From Clostridiales bacterium (GTDB taxonomy: Bacteria; Bacillota; Clostridia; Oscillospirales; CAG-272), in assembly GCA_022793655.1 (NCBI GenBank), contig JAAWDG010000011.1, positions 37,729-101,728 on the forward strand: a stretch of DNA of 64,000 bases. The letters are read 5' to 3'. The position numbers were made by a program, and so were the translations under genes. The stretch's first letter is position 1. Every line of letters starts with the position of its first letter. The notes below the pieces were generated by a model. That model had not been told where the DNA came from. It saw only the letters and a list, made by a program, of their open reading frames with translations, and searched no databases. This document shows, in pieces, positions 37,863-47,727 of the stretch.

Positions 37863-38609
37863 ATGAAAATTACATTGTCTGAAAATGCGCTTGAACTGGG
37901 CAAACGCGCTGCCGATTTAACCGCAAAGCTGTTAAATGAGGCGATCGCGAATAATGGAAGCGCCAGATTAGTTTTATCAACGGGCGCGTCTCAGTTTGAG
38001 ACGATTGCCGCGCTTGTCAAAAAGGAAATCGATTGGTCAAAGGTAGAGGTATTCCATTTAGATGAATATGTCGATCTGCCGATTACGCATCCGGCATCTT
38101 TCCGCAAATATATCAAAGAGCGTTTTGGCGATTTTGTCAACGCAAAAGCAATTCATTACGTGAATACGGATGGCGACATTGAGGCCAACATTGCTTCGTT
38201 AACGGATGAGCTTCGCAAAGCCCCGGTTGACGTAGCCCTGATTGGTATTGGCGAGAATGCACATATCGCGTTTAATGATCCACCAGCTGATTTTGAAAAT
38301 GAAAATGCTTATATTATTGTAAATCTGGATCAGAAGTGCCGCCAGCAGCAGCTTGGCGAGGGCTGGTTCCCGACCATTGACGATGTGCCGAAACAGGCTG
38401 TTTCTATGACCGTTAAAGAGATTATGAAATCAAAAGTGATTGTTTCCAGCGTGCCGCATAAAGTGAAAGCGCAGGCCATCAAAGATACACTCGAAAATGA
38501 TTTAACACCGAATATTCCTGCAACAATGCTGAAACAGCATGAGAATTTCAATTTGTTTATTGATAAGAATTCTGCCTCCAGCGTTGATATTGATAAATAT
38601 CTCGCATGA
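37863..38609 (+). CDS. nagB: amino-sugar deaminase/isomerase (NagB family)
   Basis: STGASQ, FHLDEY, GIGENAHIAFNDPP, PATML. Confidence 0.82.
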   Translation: MKITLSENALELGKRAADLTAKLLNEAIANNGSARLVLSTGASQFETIAALVKKEIDWSKVEVFHLDEYVDLPITHPASFRKYIKERFGDFVNAKAIHYVNTDGDIEANIASLTDELRKAPVDVALIGIGENAHIAFNDPPADFENENAYIIVNLDQKCRQQQLGEGWFPTIDDVPKQAVSMTVKEIMKSKVIVSSVPHKVKAQAIKDTLENDLTPNIPATMLKQHENFNLFIDKNSASSVDIDKYLA

Positions 38610-39958
38610 AATCAATGAAAATATTACAATTTGGCGAGGGTAATTTTCTGCGTGCATTTGTTGATGCCATGGTAGACACCGCTAATGAAAAAGGCGTTAT
38701 GAATGGCGCTGTTACGATTGTTAAACCAATTGCCGCAGGCGACCTTTCGCCGCTTCGTGCGCAGAACTGCGTTTATACGCTACTTGTGCGAGGCATGCAG
38801 AGTGGAAAGGTAATTGACGAGAAGAAAACTATTCGTTCTGTCAAAGAAGCTTTGTGCTGTTATCAAGATTTTGACGCAGTGTTGTCATTAGCATGTGATG
38901 AAGCCTTGGCGCTTGTTGTCTCGAATACAACTGAAGCAGGCATTGCGCTTTCGTCCGATGACTGTTTGGCGGATTGCCCGCCGGTCAGTTATCCGGCCAA
39001 ATTAACCAAACTGCTATGGGCGCGTTATGAACACTTTGCAGGCGCACCGGATAAGGGACTGTATATTTTGCCCTGCGAGTTAATTTCCGATAATGCGCGC
39101 GAATTGGAACGCTGTGTGTTGGAGACGGCAAAATGTTGGCATTTACCCGATGCTTTCGCTAACTGGATACAGGAAGCCTGCTATTTCTGTACAACGCTGG
39201 TTGACAGTATTGTAACTGGTTATGATAAAGAGTTAAGTGAAAAATACGGCGATCCGATGATTGACATTCGCGAGCCGTTTGCCCTTTGGGTGATCGAAGA
39301 AAAGGGCGATATTCGTTCGGTTCTGCCGCTTGACCAAGCGGGACTTCCCGTTGTGTTTACAAAGGATGTTACACCGTATCGTGAACGCAAGGTGCGCATA
39401 TTAAACGGCGCCCATACGGCAACCGTGCTTGCGGCTTATCTTTCGGGCAAAAAAATTGTGCGTGAGTGTATGCAGGACGAAGTCATTTCCTCTTATATGA
39501 GAAAATTGGTTTTTGAAGAAATTATTCCCACTCTGTCGTTAGATAAAGAAGAACTTTCGGCTTTTGCCGAACAAGTGTTCGAGCGGTTTGAAAATCCCTT
39601 TATTGACCATAGTTTGTTGTCAATTTCACTCAATTCTGTATCCAAATTCCGTGCCAGACTGCTTAGCAGTTTTCAGGATTATGTTCGCATCAATCAGTTT
39701 ATACCCCGTCGAATCACCTTTGCTTTTGCCGCGCTACTTGCGTTTTATTGTGATACGGACAAAGCAAACGATGACGCGGCCGTGCTGACTTATTTTGCAG
39801 ATCATAAAGAGGATACGGACTTTGTTCGCATAGTTTGTGCAAACGAGGCTTTTTGGGGCGAGGATCTTAGCCGTTACGATGGATTTTGTGAAACCGTGCA
39901 GCGTGATCTTGATGATATTCGCCAAAGAGGCGCTTATGAGGTGATGAAATGCTTGTAA
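38606..39958 (+). CDS. uxaB: tagaturonate reductase (altronate oxidoreductase)
   Basis: LQFGEGNFLRAF, VSNTTEAGI, LPCELI, KVRILNGAHT, NSVSKF. Confidence 0.93.
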   Translation: MKSMKILQFGEGNFLRAFVDAMVDTANEKGVMNGAVTIVKPIAAGDLSPLRAQNCVYTLLVRGMQSGKVIDEKKTIRSVKEALCCYQDFDAVLSLACDEALALVVSNTTEAGIALSSDDCLADCPPVSYPAKLTKLLWARYEHFAGAPDKGLYILPCELISDNARELERCVLETAKCWHLPDAFANWIQEACYFCTTLVDSIVTGYDKELSEKYGDPMIDIREPFALWVIEEKGDIRSVLPLDQAGLPVVFTKDVTPYRERKVRILNGAHTATVLAAYLSGKKIVRECMQDEVISSYMRKLVFEEIIPTLSLDKEELSAFAEQVFERFENPFIDHSLLSISLNSVSKFRARLLSSFQDYVRINQFIPRRITFAFAALLAFYCDTDKANDDAAVLTYFADHKEDTDFVRIVCANEAFWGEDLSRYDGFCETVQRDLDDIRQRGAYEVMKCL

Positions 39959-41340
39959 TTGATGAAAGAGATAATGTAGCGGTAGAGACCGAGGGCCCTT
40001 GCGCCGGACATAAGATTGCAAGACGAGATATTGCACTTGGCGAAGCGGTGATTAAATATGGTTATCCAATTGGGCTTGCCTCGGCCGCGATCAAAAAGGG
40101 TGAGTGGGTGCATTCGCATAACTTAAAAACGGGTTTAGGTGATATTTTAGACTATACCTATGAGCCAATTGCCGCTCCTGCGCTTAGTGGTTCGGATACG
40201 TTCATGGGTTATGCACGTGCTGACGGCAGAGTCGGTGTTCGTAATGAAATTTGGATTATTCCGACCGTCGGTTGTATGAATGACGCCGCGCGCTCTCTCG
40301 CTAAACGAACAGGTGCCTATGCCTTTTGCCATCCGTATGGCTGTTCACAGTTAGGAGAAGATCATCAGAATACCCAACGAGCGCTGGCCGGTTTGATTTG
40401 TCATCCGAATGCCGGCGGCGTATTAGTGCTGGGCCTTGGCTGTGAAAACAATCGAATTGAATTGTTGAAAAAGGTGTTAGGCGATGCTTATGACCCCGAA
40501 CGGGTTCGTTTTTTAGAGGGGCAGAGCGTTAGTGACGAGCTTGCCGAAGGCGAACGGCTGATCGAAGAATTACAAGCAAGAGCCGCTCAGGACAAACGCA
40601 CCGAACAGCCGGTTTCAAAATTGGTTGTGGGATTAAAGTGCGGCGGTTCAGATGGTTTCTCGGGCATTACAGCCAATCCGCTTGTGGGCGTGTTTTCTGA
40701 CTTGTTTATTCAAAAGGGCGGCAGCACAATTTTGACTGAGGTGCCGGAGATGTTCGGCGCCGAGACAATCTTGATGAATCGCTGCAAAGATCATGCAACC
40801 TTTGAAAAAACGGTGTCTATGATCAACGCGTTTAAAAATTATTATAAAGCAAATGGACAGCCGGTTTACGAAAATCCTTCTCCAGGAAACAAGGATGGCG
40901 GTATTACCACGTTAGAAGAAAAGTCGCTTGGCTGCACACAAAAGAGCGGCAATGCAGCGGTTGTGGATGTGTTGGCCTATGGAGAAAGAGTCAAGTGCGC
41001 AGGTCTCAATTTGCTTAACGCCCCTGGCAATGATTTAATTGCGGCGACAGCGCTTGCTGCCAGTGGGGCACAGATTGTGCTGTTTACCACAGGACGAGGG
41101 ACGCCGTTTGGATGTCCAGTGCCTACGATGAAAATTGCGACCAATTCAGCTTTGGCCAATAAAAAACAGAATTGGATTGATTTTAATGCAGGTGTTCTTC
41201 TGGAAGGTGAGAGCATGAGCGAGGTGGCCGAGCGATTCTATCAAACCGTCAAAGAAATCGCAAACGGAGAAAGACAGACTCGAAACGAAGAAAACGGGTA
41301 TCGAGAAATTTCTTTGTTTAAAACAGGCGTTATATTATAA
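39949..41340 (+). CDS. uxaA: altronate dehydratase
   Basis: SAF domain GHKIA..KYG..VHSHN, HPYGCSQLG, LKCGGSDG, FTTGRGTP. Confidence 0.93.
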   Translation: MLVIDERDNVAVETEGPCAGHKIARRDIALGEAVIKYGYPIGLASAAIKKGEWVHSHNLKTGLGDILDYTYEPIAAPALSGSDTFMGYARADGRVGVRNEIWIIPTVGCMNDAARSLAKRTGAYAFCHPYGCSQLGEDHQNTQRALAGLICHPNAGGVLVLGLGCENNRIELLKKVLGDAYDPERVRFLEGQSVSDELAEGERLIEELQARAAQDKRTEQPVSKLVVGLKCGGSDGFSGITANPLVGVFSDLFIQKGGSTILTEVPEMFGAETILMNRCKDHATFEKTVSMINAFKNYYKANGQPVYENPSPGNKDGGITTLEEKSLGCTQKSGNAAVVDVLAYGERVKCAGLNLLNAPGNDLIAATALAASGAQIVLFTTGRGTPFGCPVPTMKIATNSALANKKQNWIDFNAGVLLEGESMSEVAERFYQTVKEIANGERQTRNEENGYREISLFKTGVIL

Positions 41341-41528
41341 GGTAGATAAAAAGTATACCTTTGTTTTCGGGTATGCTGTCAAACAGTCGGAATAGGCGTG
41401 ATGTCATGTTCATCAGCTATCCCGGCTGTTTATATATAATAGGATAAATAAAACGTTTTTTAAAATAAGCGAATAAGGTATATAGTAGGAGAATATGCTG
41501 TATTAACTTAGAAAAGGAGCGTTTTATT

Positions 41529-42812
41529 ATGAGAATTCATGTGGTGCAGCCCGGCGAAACTATTACGGGTATCGCCCAGATTTATGGTGTGTCAGCGGCT
41601 CGAATCATCAGCGATAATGCGATTTCCGATCCCGGCCGGCTGGTGGTTGGACAGGCGCTAATTATACTCATTCCAGAAACAACGTATACAGTCATGCCTG
41701 GCGATACGTTGTTTTCTGTTTCAGAGCGTTTTGGCGTAGATCCGCTTGTGTTAGTGCAGAATAATCCTGAACTTGCCGTGAATGCACAGCTTTATCCAGG
41801 GCAGGTTTTGATAATCAAGTTTGAAGGGGCCAAACGTAGAAGTATTGCGACAAACGGTTATGCCTATCCTTTTATTGAGCGTACCATTTTGCTGCGTGCT
41901 CTGCCTTTTTTAACTCGTCTCACCATTTTTGGCTATGGGTTTGATTTGAATGGGAATTTAACGGTGATTGACGATCAGCCCCTTATTAATTTAGCTTACC
42001 AATTCCGCACAGCACCAGTTATGCTGTTGTCGGCTATTGATCAAAATGATGTTTTTAATAGTTATTTAGCGAGTGCGTTGTTTCAGGATGCCGCTTTGCA
42101 GGATAAAGTGCTTGACAACGTGGTTGCCGTCATGGCGCAAAAAGGATATTTAGGCTTGGATATCGATTTTGAATTTATTCCGCCTGAAAGCAGAGAAGGC
42201 TTTATTGGTTTTGTGCAAAAAGCAACGACAAGATTAAATTCGCTCGGCTATTTTGTCAATACGGATTTAGCACCTAAAACATCGGCGGGGCAAAGCGGCC
42301 TTCTTTATGAATCACACGATTATCCAGCCATTGGCGCCGCGTCTAACACGGTTTTGATTATGACGTATGAATGGGGCTATACCTACGGTCCGCCTATGGC
42401 GGTGGCGCCGCTGAATCAGGTGAGAAAAGTGGTGGAATATGCAGTGAGCGAGATTCCGGTAAGCAAAATATTTATGGGAATTCCGAACTATGGTTATGTA
42501 TGGCCACTGCCGTTTGAGCAGGGGGTTACGCAAGCCACTACGATTGGCAATGAATATGCGGTGCGTTTAGCTTTGCAGAATGGCGTGAACATTCAGTTTG
42601 ATGAGTTAGGGCAATCTCCCTGGTTTGAATACCAAGCGTTTAGCGAAAGCAGGGTCGTTTGGTTTGAAGATGTCAGAAGTATAGAAGCGAAGTTTAATTT
42701 GATTGATGAATTTAATCTCTTTGGCGGGGCCTATTGGAATTTGATGCGGCCTTTTCATCAAAATTGGGCTTATCTCAGCGCTGTATATGATATTTTAAAA
42801 ACAGTATCATAA
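41529..42812 (+). CDS. 2xLysM plus GH18 spore protein (YdhD/YaaH-SleL-like)
   Basis: IHVVQPGET and YTVMPGDT LysM repeats, DIDFE catalytic motif, MTYEWG..PPMAVAP. Confidence 0.9.
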   Translation: MRIHVVQPGETITGIAQIYGVSAARIISDNAISDPGRLVVGQALIILIPETTYTVMPGDTLFSVSERFGVDPLVLVQNNPELAVNAQLYPGQVLIIKFEGAKRRSIATNGYAYPFIERTILLRALPFLTRLTIFGYGFDLNGNLTVIDDQPLINLAYQFRTAPVMLLSAIDQNDVFNSYLASALFQDAALQDKVLDNVVAVMAQKGYLGLDIDFEFIPPESREGFIGFVQKATTRLNSLGYFVNTDLAPKTSAGQSGLLYESHDYPAIGAASNTVLIMTYEWGYTYGPPMAVAPLNQVRKVVEYAVSEIPVSKIFMGIPNYGYVWPLPFEQGVTQATTIGNEYAVRLALQNGVNIQFDELGQSPWFEYQAFSESRVVWFEDVRSIEAKFNLIDEFNLFGGAYWNLMRPFHQNWAYLSAVYDILKTVS

Positions 42813-42817
42813 GCCTC

Positions 42818-42962
42818 TAAGAACAAGTTATCAGGCTTGTTCTTATTGGTTTATAAATGTTTCAGCAACCAAAAAGATTGACGTTTCCGGCATCGCCGGA
42901 ATGTTACCCTAAACGGGGAACAAGTCAATCTTTCTAAGAACAAGCTATCAGGCTTGTTCTTA
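42818..42962 (-). repeat. structured intergenic repeat, copy 7, with the 5' hairpin present at both ends
   Basis: 28-nt TAAGAACAAG(C/T)TATCAGGCTTGTTCTTA at 42818 and 42935; P1 AAAGATTGAC/GTCAATCTTT; TTCCGGC/GCCGGAA; tail TTGGTTGCTGAAAC on minus strand. Confidence 0.9.
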
Positions 42963-42976
42963 TGAGTTCATATATA

Positions 42977-43023
42977 AAAAACACAGAGAAGCAATCTTAA
43001 TTTAGTTGCTTCTCTGCGTTTTT
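42977..43023. terminator. bidirectional terminator
   Basis: AAAAACACAGAGAAGCAA..TTGCTTCTCTGCGTTTTT. Confidence 0.75.
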
Positions 43024-43748
43024 TAGCTGTTGTATGGGCTGGGCAAGCTGAAATCCCAGACCTCACCTTTTAGGCCGCCTACGCGGAAAAGGTTGCGCAT
43101 GCCGTTGCCTGAAAAGTGACAGCAGTTTGCAGGAATAACGCGGCCGACTTCGGTAAATCCTGCTTGTTCGGCTTGCCATCGGATATAGACGTCTTTGGCT
43201 AACAATTTATTTTCTTCTGTGCATTCCTGCCAATCGCCCCAGCCGTAAAAGGCACCGCCTGTCACAACCTCAGATAATGTGCCGTATCCGTTGTCGATGC
43301 GGTTAAATACCACCCATACAATGGCGGCTTTTTGTGTGAGCCCACTGCTTCCCGCTTCTCCTTGTATCAATTGGGCCAAGAGTATGAGTTCTTCTTCGTT
43401 TATTTCTTCGTAAGTAAAAGACCAGTCGAGTGAGGAAGAGAGAGGGTCAATCACAGGTTCAATGGACACGGGTTCGTCAGATCCGTTTGACTCATCGTCC
43501 TTTTGTGCTTGTGAAACAGTTATTTCTTCCTTTGGTATATCGGCTGCGGATGTATAGATTGTGAAAGGAGAAATACCGTTGACGGCATGCGATTGATACG
43601 TGTTTTCATAGCTAAATACAGTCAAAAGAAAGGTTGTGCATAATAATAGACTGACGGCGACACTGAGGTTAAAAAACAAAATAGCGCGTTTGCCTTTTTG
43701 AATCTTGATGGTGGTGACACCAAGATGTTTTAAACAATGCAATTTCAT
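43023..43748 (-). CDS. membrane-anchored cell wall hydrolase (SleB/Hydrolase_2-like)
   Basis: N-terminal TM helix; LLAQLIQGEAG..AAIVWVVFNR motif. Confidence 0.72.
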   Translation of the reverse strand: MKLHCLKHLGVTTIKIQKGKRAILFFNLSVAVSLLLCTTFLLTVFSYENTYQSHAVNGISPFTIYTSAADIPKEEITVSQAQKDDESNGSDEPVSIEPVIDPLSSSLDWSFTYEEINEEELILLAQLIQGEAGSSGLTQKAAIVWVVFNRIDNGYGTLSEVVTGGAFYGWGDWQECTEENKLLAKDVYIRWQAEQAGFTEVGRVIPANCCHFSGNGMRNLFRVGGLKGEVWDFSLPSPYNS

Positions 43749-43791
43749 ATGAATTATAATTGCCTCCGTATGCGGTATTAAAACAAAACAA

Positions 43792-43820
43792 ATTCTATGC
43801 GAATCTTGATAAAAATATGA
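43792..43820 (-). promoter_or_regulatory. putative sigma-E promoter of the hydrolase gene
   Basis: minus strand TCATATT-14 nt-CATAGAAT, near consensus. Confidence 0.68.
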
Positions 43821-43962
43821 ATTTTTTGTTGACTTTTACGCCTGATATGCTTTATAATAAAAAAGATATATGTTTGCAGTTATTATATAATATGACAGTC
43901 ACCGAAAAAAACGACTGTTGATTGACTGGAAATTTATTTTTAATCATTATTTGGAGGATCAG

Positions 43963-44772
43963 ATGAAAAAAATTGTAAGCATTTTGTTGGCAGCGCTCAT
44001 GCTTTTTAGCATGATTTCAGTGTTTTCTGCTTGTGCAAAGAAAGAGGAAGGCACTTTAATTTGTGGTGTAACTATTTTTGAGCCTATGAATTATAAGACC
44101 GATGATGGCGAGTGGACTGGATTTGACACTGAGTTCGCACGGTTAGTCGGCGAAAAAATTGGTATGGATGTCAAGTTTGAACAGATTGAGTGGAAAGCAA
44201 AATATTCTGAACTCGAAGCAGGCACGATTTCTTGCATTTGGAATGGTTTTACTGCCAATGCAGAGGATGAAGGTCGGGCCAGAAAAGAGTATGTAGATTT
44301 CAGTTATAGTTATATGACGAATCGGCAGTGTGTTGTGATTCGCTCTGATAAGGCAGAAGAATATACATCACTGGATGCGCTTGCAGGCAAAAAAGCTGCC
44401 GCTGAAACGGGCTCTGCTGGTGAATCTGCTGCTAAAAAAGCAGTGGGCAGTGAAACCAACTTCATAGGTGTGCCGGCCCAGATTGATTCTTTAGCGGAAG
44501 TAAAGTCGGGCGCTGTGGATTTTGCTGTAATTGATATCCTGTTAGCCGAAAGATTGACCGGTAAGGGCAATTATAATGATCTTCAAATTGCCGATATTGA
44601 CCTTGCTTCGGATACGGAAGTATATGCGATTGGCTTTAAAAAGGGCAGCGAGCTGACCGAAAAAGTGAATCAGGCTATCAAAGAACTGTACGATGAGGGC
44701 AAATTGACAGAACTTGCTGAGAAGTATAATATTACTAAGGCGTTAAAGTTGGATACCAATTTTAAAGGCTAA
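43963..44772 (+). CDS. polar amino acid ABC binding lipoprotein
   Basis: FSAC lipobox; GFDTEFA, IWNGFT, YAIGFKKG. Confidence 0.9.
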   Translation: MKKIVSILLAALMLFSMISVFSACAKKEEGTLICGVTIFEPMNYKTDDGEWTGFDTEFARLVGEKIGMDVKFEQIEWKAKYSELEAGTISCIWNGFTANAEDEGRARKEYVDFSYSYMTNRQCVVIRSDKAEEYTSLDALAGKKAAAETGSAGESAAKKAVGSETNFIGVPAQIDSLAEVKSGAVDFAVIDILLAERLTGKGNYNDLQIADIDLASDTEVYAIGFKKGSELTEKVNQAIKELYDEGKLTELAEKYNITKALKLDTNFKG

Positions 44773-44830
44773 GATAACGTAATGAGTAAATAGAGCTTTA
44801 AGGAACTGCATAAACAAGGGGAAGAAAAAG

Positions 44831-45478
44831 ATGGGATTTACCGATGTAACGCTTCGATTATTGGGCGGGTTTGAGACAACCTGTATGATTTTTGTTTTGA
44901 CGCTGCTGCTGGCTCTTCCCGCAGGGTTATTGATTTCCTTTGGCTCTATGTCAAGCTTTGCGCCGCTGCGTGTGTTTGTTAAAACTTTGGTGTGGATTAT
45001 CAGGGGCGTGCCGCTGATGCTGCAGATCTTTATTGTATTTTATGTACCAGGTTTTATCTATGGTTCGCCTGTCTTTGCTCGTTTTACAGCAGTAATTATC
45101 GCTTTTGCGATCAATTATGCCTGTTATTTCAGTGAAATTTATCGGGGCGGTATTGAGAGCATCGCAAAAGGGCAGTATGAGGCGGGCCAGGTGCTTGGCT
45201 TGACTAAGTCCCAGGTTTTTTTCAAGGTGATTTTGCTACAAGTCATCAAACGCATTATCCCACCGATGGCCAATGAGATTATTACATTGGTAAAAGACAC
45301 TGCTTTGGCCAGAGTCATTATGGTGGTGGAAATTATCAAAGTGGCTGAAGAGATGATGAGCAGCCACGCGATTATATGGCCGTTGTTTTATACCGGCGCG
45401 TTTTATCTTTTGTTTGTGGGTGCGCTTACTCTGCTTTTCGGAGTTGCCGAAAAAAAATTGAGTTATTTTAAAGTATAG
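44831..45478 (+). CDS. polar amino acid ABC permease
   Basis: RGVPLMLQ, SEIYRGGI..GQYEA, LVKDTAL. Confidence 0.92.
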   Translation: MGFTDVTLRLLGGFETTCMIFVLTLLLALPAGLLISFGSMSSFAPLRVFVKTLVWIIRGVPLMLQIFIVFYVPGFIYGSPVFARFTAVIIAFAINYACYFSEIYRGGIESIAKGQYEAGQVLGLTKSQVFFKVILLQVIKRIIPPMANEIITLVKDTALARVIMVVEIIKVAEEMMSSHAIIWPLFYTGAFYLLFVGALTLLFGVAEKKLSYFKV

Positions 45479-45487
45479 GGGTTTATT

Positions 45488-46267
45488 GTGTCGATATTAG
45501 AAGTAAACAATTTGGCGAAACGCTTTGGCCAAACCGAGGTGTTAAAACATATTAGCTTTTCGTTAGAAGAGGGCGAATGTCTTTCGATTATCGGTTCTTC
45601 AGGAAGCGGTAAAACAACGCTGCTTCGGTGTTTGAATTTTTTAGAACGGGCCGATGCTGGCCAAATTGCCGTTCGCGACGAAACATTATTTGATGCAAAA
45701 GCACCTGGTGCGGGAATTGACAGTCGGGATAAACGTTTACATTTTGGCTTAGTATTTCAATCTTTTAATTTATTTCCGCAGTATACAGCCTTAGCGAATG
45801 TGACGTTAGCAAATTGTCTTTTGGCTAAAAAGAGACCTGATTATAAAAAGCATAAAAAAGAAATTTTAGCCAAGATTACAGAAAATGGCAAACAATTGTT
45901 AGATCAGGTGGGGCTTTTATCCAAGATGGATTTATATCCGCATCAGCTTTCAGGCGGACAGCAGCAGCGGGTGGCGATTGCCCGCGCGTTAGCGATGAAG
46001 CCGGATATTTTGTGCTTTGATGAACCAACCTCGGCGCTGGATCCTGAGCTGACCGGAGAGGTGCTCAAGGTCATTCGTTCGTTAGCGGACAAAAAAACAA
46101 CCATGGTTATTGTAACGCATGAAATGCAATTTGCCCGAGATGTGTCTGACAAGGTTTTGTTTATGGATGAAGGCCTTGTTGTTGAATACGGCACGCCAGC
46201 GGAGGTATTTGAGCATCCCACAAATGAAAGAACCAAGCAATTTTTAGAGCGGTATATGGCAGGATAA
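45488..46267 (+). CDS. polar amino acid ABC ATP-binding protein
   Basis: GSSGSGKT, LSGGQQQR, FDEPTSALDPEL. Confidence 0.93.
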   Translation: MSILEVNNLAKRFGQTEVLKHISFSLEEGECLSIIGSSGSGKTTLLRCLNFLERADAGQIAVRDETLFDAKAPGAGIDSRDKRLHFGLVFQSFNLFPQYTALANVTLANCLLAKKRPDYKKHKKEILAKITENGKQLLDQVGLLSKMDLYPHQLSGGQQQRVAIARALAMKPDILCFDEPTSALDPELTGEVLKVIRSLADKKTTMVIVTHEMQFARDVSDKVLFMDEGLVVEYGTPAEVFEHPTNERTKQFLERYMAG

Positions 46268-46279
46268 TTAGATGAACGC

Positions 46280-46311
46280 AAAAAAGCAATCAGTGAATTG
46301 ATTGCTTTTTT
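46280..46311 (+). terminator. intrinsic terminator
   Basis: AAAAAAGCAATCA..TGATTGCTTTTTT. Confidence 0.75.
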
Positions 46312-46413
46312 AAATGAGTTACTTTTGTTTTGTCTGTAGAATCAGCTCTTGATAAGCGGGCATCATGATAGTATAATGAGTAAATAGATATGATTAAAGG
46401 AGGATGGCGAGCG

Positions 46414-46941
46414 ATGAATTTATTGCTGCATACTTGCTGCGCGCCTTGTTCAATTAAGTGTATTGAGACTTTGCGTGAGGAAAACATTGAACCCACCTTA
46501 TATTGGTATAACCCGAATATTCATCCTTTTACTGAATATAAAATGCGAAAAGAAACCTTGATTGATTATGCGAAACAAATAAACGCCTCTCTTATCGTGC
46601 AGGACGAATATGGTTTGCGCCCGTTTATTGAGAAGGTGTACCCAGATTTTGAAAATCGCTGTCAGGTTTGCTATGAAATGCGTTTAGAGGCTACGGCTGC
46701 TGCGGCGGCTGAACAAGGATATGATGGTTTTTGTACAACACTTTTGATCAGTCCTTATCAAAATCATGATCTTATCTGCCAAGTGAGTGAAAAATTGGCT
46801 GAGCGCTATGGTGTTTTATTTGTTTATCGTGATTTTCGTCCATATTTTAGAGAAGGGCAAAACAAGGCCAAAGAATTGGGCTTATATAGACAAAAATATT
46901 GCGGTTGTATTTTTAGTGAGGAAGAACGATATCGCAAGTAA
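46414..46941 (+). CDS. queH: epoxyqueuosine reductase QueH
   Basis: LLHTCCAPC, YNPNIHP, RCQVCY, LYRQKYCGCIFS. Confidence 0.93.
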   Translation: MNLLLHTCCAPCSIKCIETLREENIEPTLYWYNPNIHPFTEYKMRKETLIDYAKQINASLIVQDEYGLRPFIEKVYPDFENRCQVCYEMRLEATAAAAAEQGYDGFCTTLLISPYQNHDLICQVSEKLAERYGVLFVYRDFRPYFREGQNKAKELGLYRQKYCGCIFSEEERYRK

Positions 46942-47139
46942 TATAAAAAGTATGTTTTTTCGATTTATTTTTTGATTTCTGTTGACATTTTGTATATTAT
47001 TTGTTATCATATTGCGGGAATAAAAATTATAGTTTAAAAGACAAAATATTCATAAATTGATGATGTAAAGTAGCTGCAGGGAAATATTGCAGAATGCTTT
47101 TACATATAATAAAACAGAATTTAATCTGGGAGGAAAACA

Positions 47140-47640
47140 ATGACAAAACTAAGAAGAAACATTGCTTGTGTGGCAGCAGCTATGCTGCTTTTGTGCAGCT
47201 TTATGCTTTGCGCTTGCGGCGCAGCAAAAGACAAAGAGTTTTCAAAAGCCGGCTTTACGATTACGTTAACGGATGGCTTTACAGAACAAGACATCGTATC
47301 GCAAACCGCTGCTTATGTATCAACGAAAGTAAGCGTTACCGCGCTGAAAGAAGAATTATCTATTTTAGAAGATAATGATATCGATGCAGATCTTTCGTTG
47401 TCAGACTATGCAGATTTAGTGATTGCGGCTAATAATCTTGATTCTAAGACAGAAGAAAAAGACGGCCTTTTGTGCTTTACCTATAACAAGAGTGTATCTG
47501 GTAAGAATTTCACTTATTTTGCAACCGTATTTAAAGGTTCAGATGCATTCTGGCTGGTACAATTTGCCTGCGAAGATAGTCAATATGACGCTTTGAAAGA
47601 AGACATTTTGAAGTATGCTAAATCGGTAAAAGTAGACTAA
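47140..47640 (+). CDS. lipoprotein of unknown function (PsbP/Mog1-like pattern)
   Basis: GGAGG RBS, signal peptide with LCAC lipobox. Confidence 0.72.
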   Translation: MTKLRRNIACVAAAMLLLCSFMLCACGAAKDKEFSKAGFTITLTDGFTEQDIVSQTAAYVSTKVSVTALKEELSILEDNDIDADLSLSDYADLVIAANNLDSKTEEKDGLLCFTYNKSVSGKNFTYFATVFKGSDAFWLVQFACEDSQYDALKEDILKYAKSVKVD

Positions 47641-47727
47641 TCTCTTTCATAGACAAAAAGACAGCGCCTGTTAAAAAACAGGCGCTCTGTTTTTTGGTGT
47701 AAGATAAAAGAAAAGGAGGCGAAATAT

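Noticed and set aside
43748-43835. ARG-box-like ATGAAT sequences upstream of the amino acid ABC operon
   Set aside because: Only half-sites match, and one coincides with the sigma-E -35 on the other strand.
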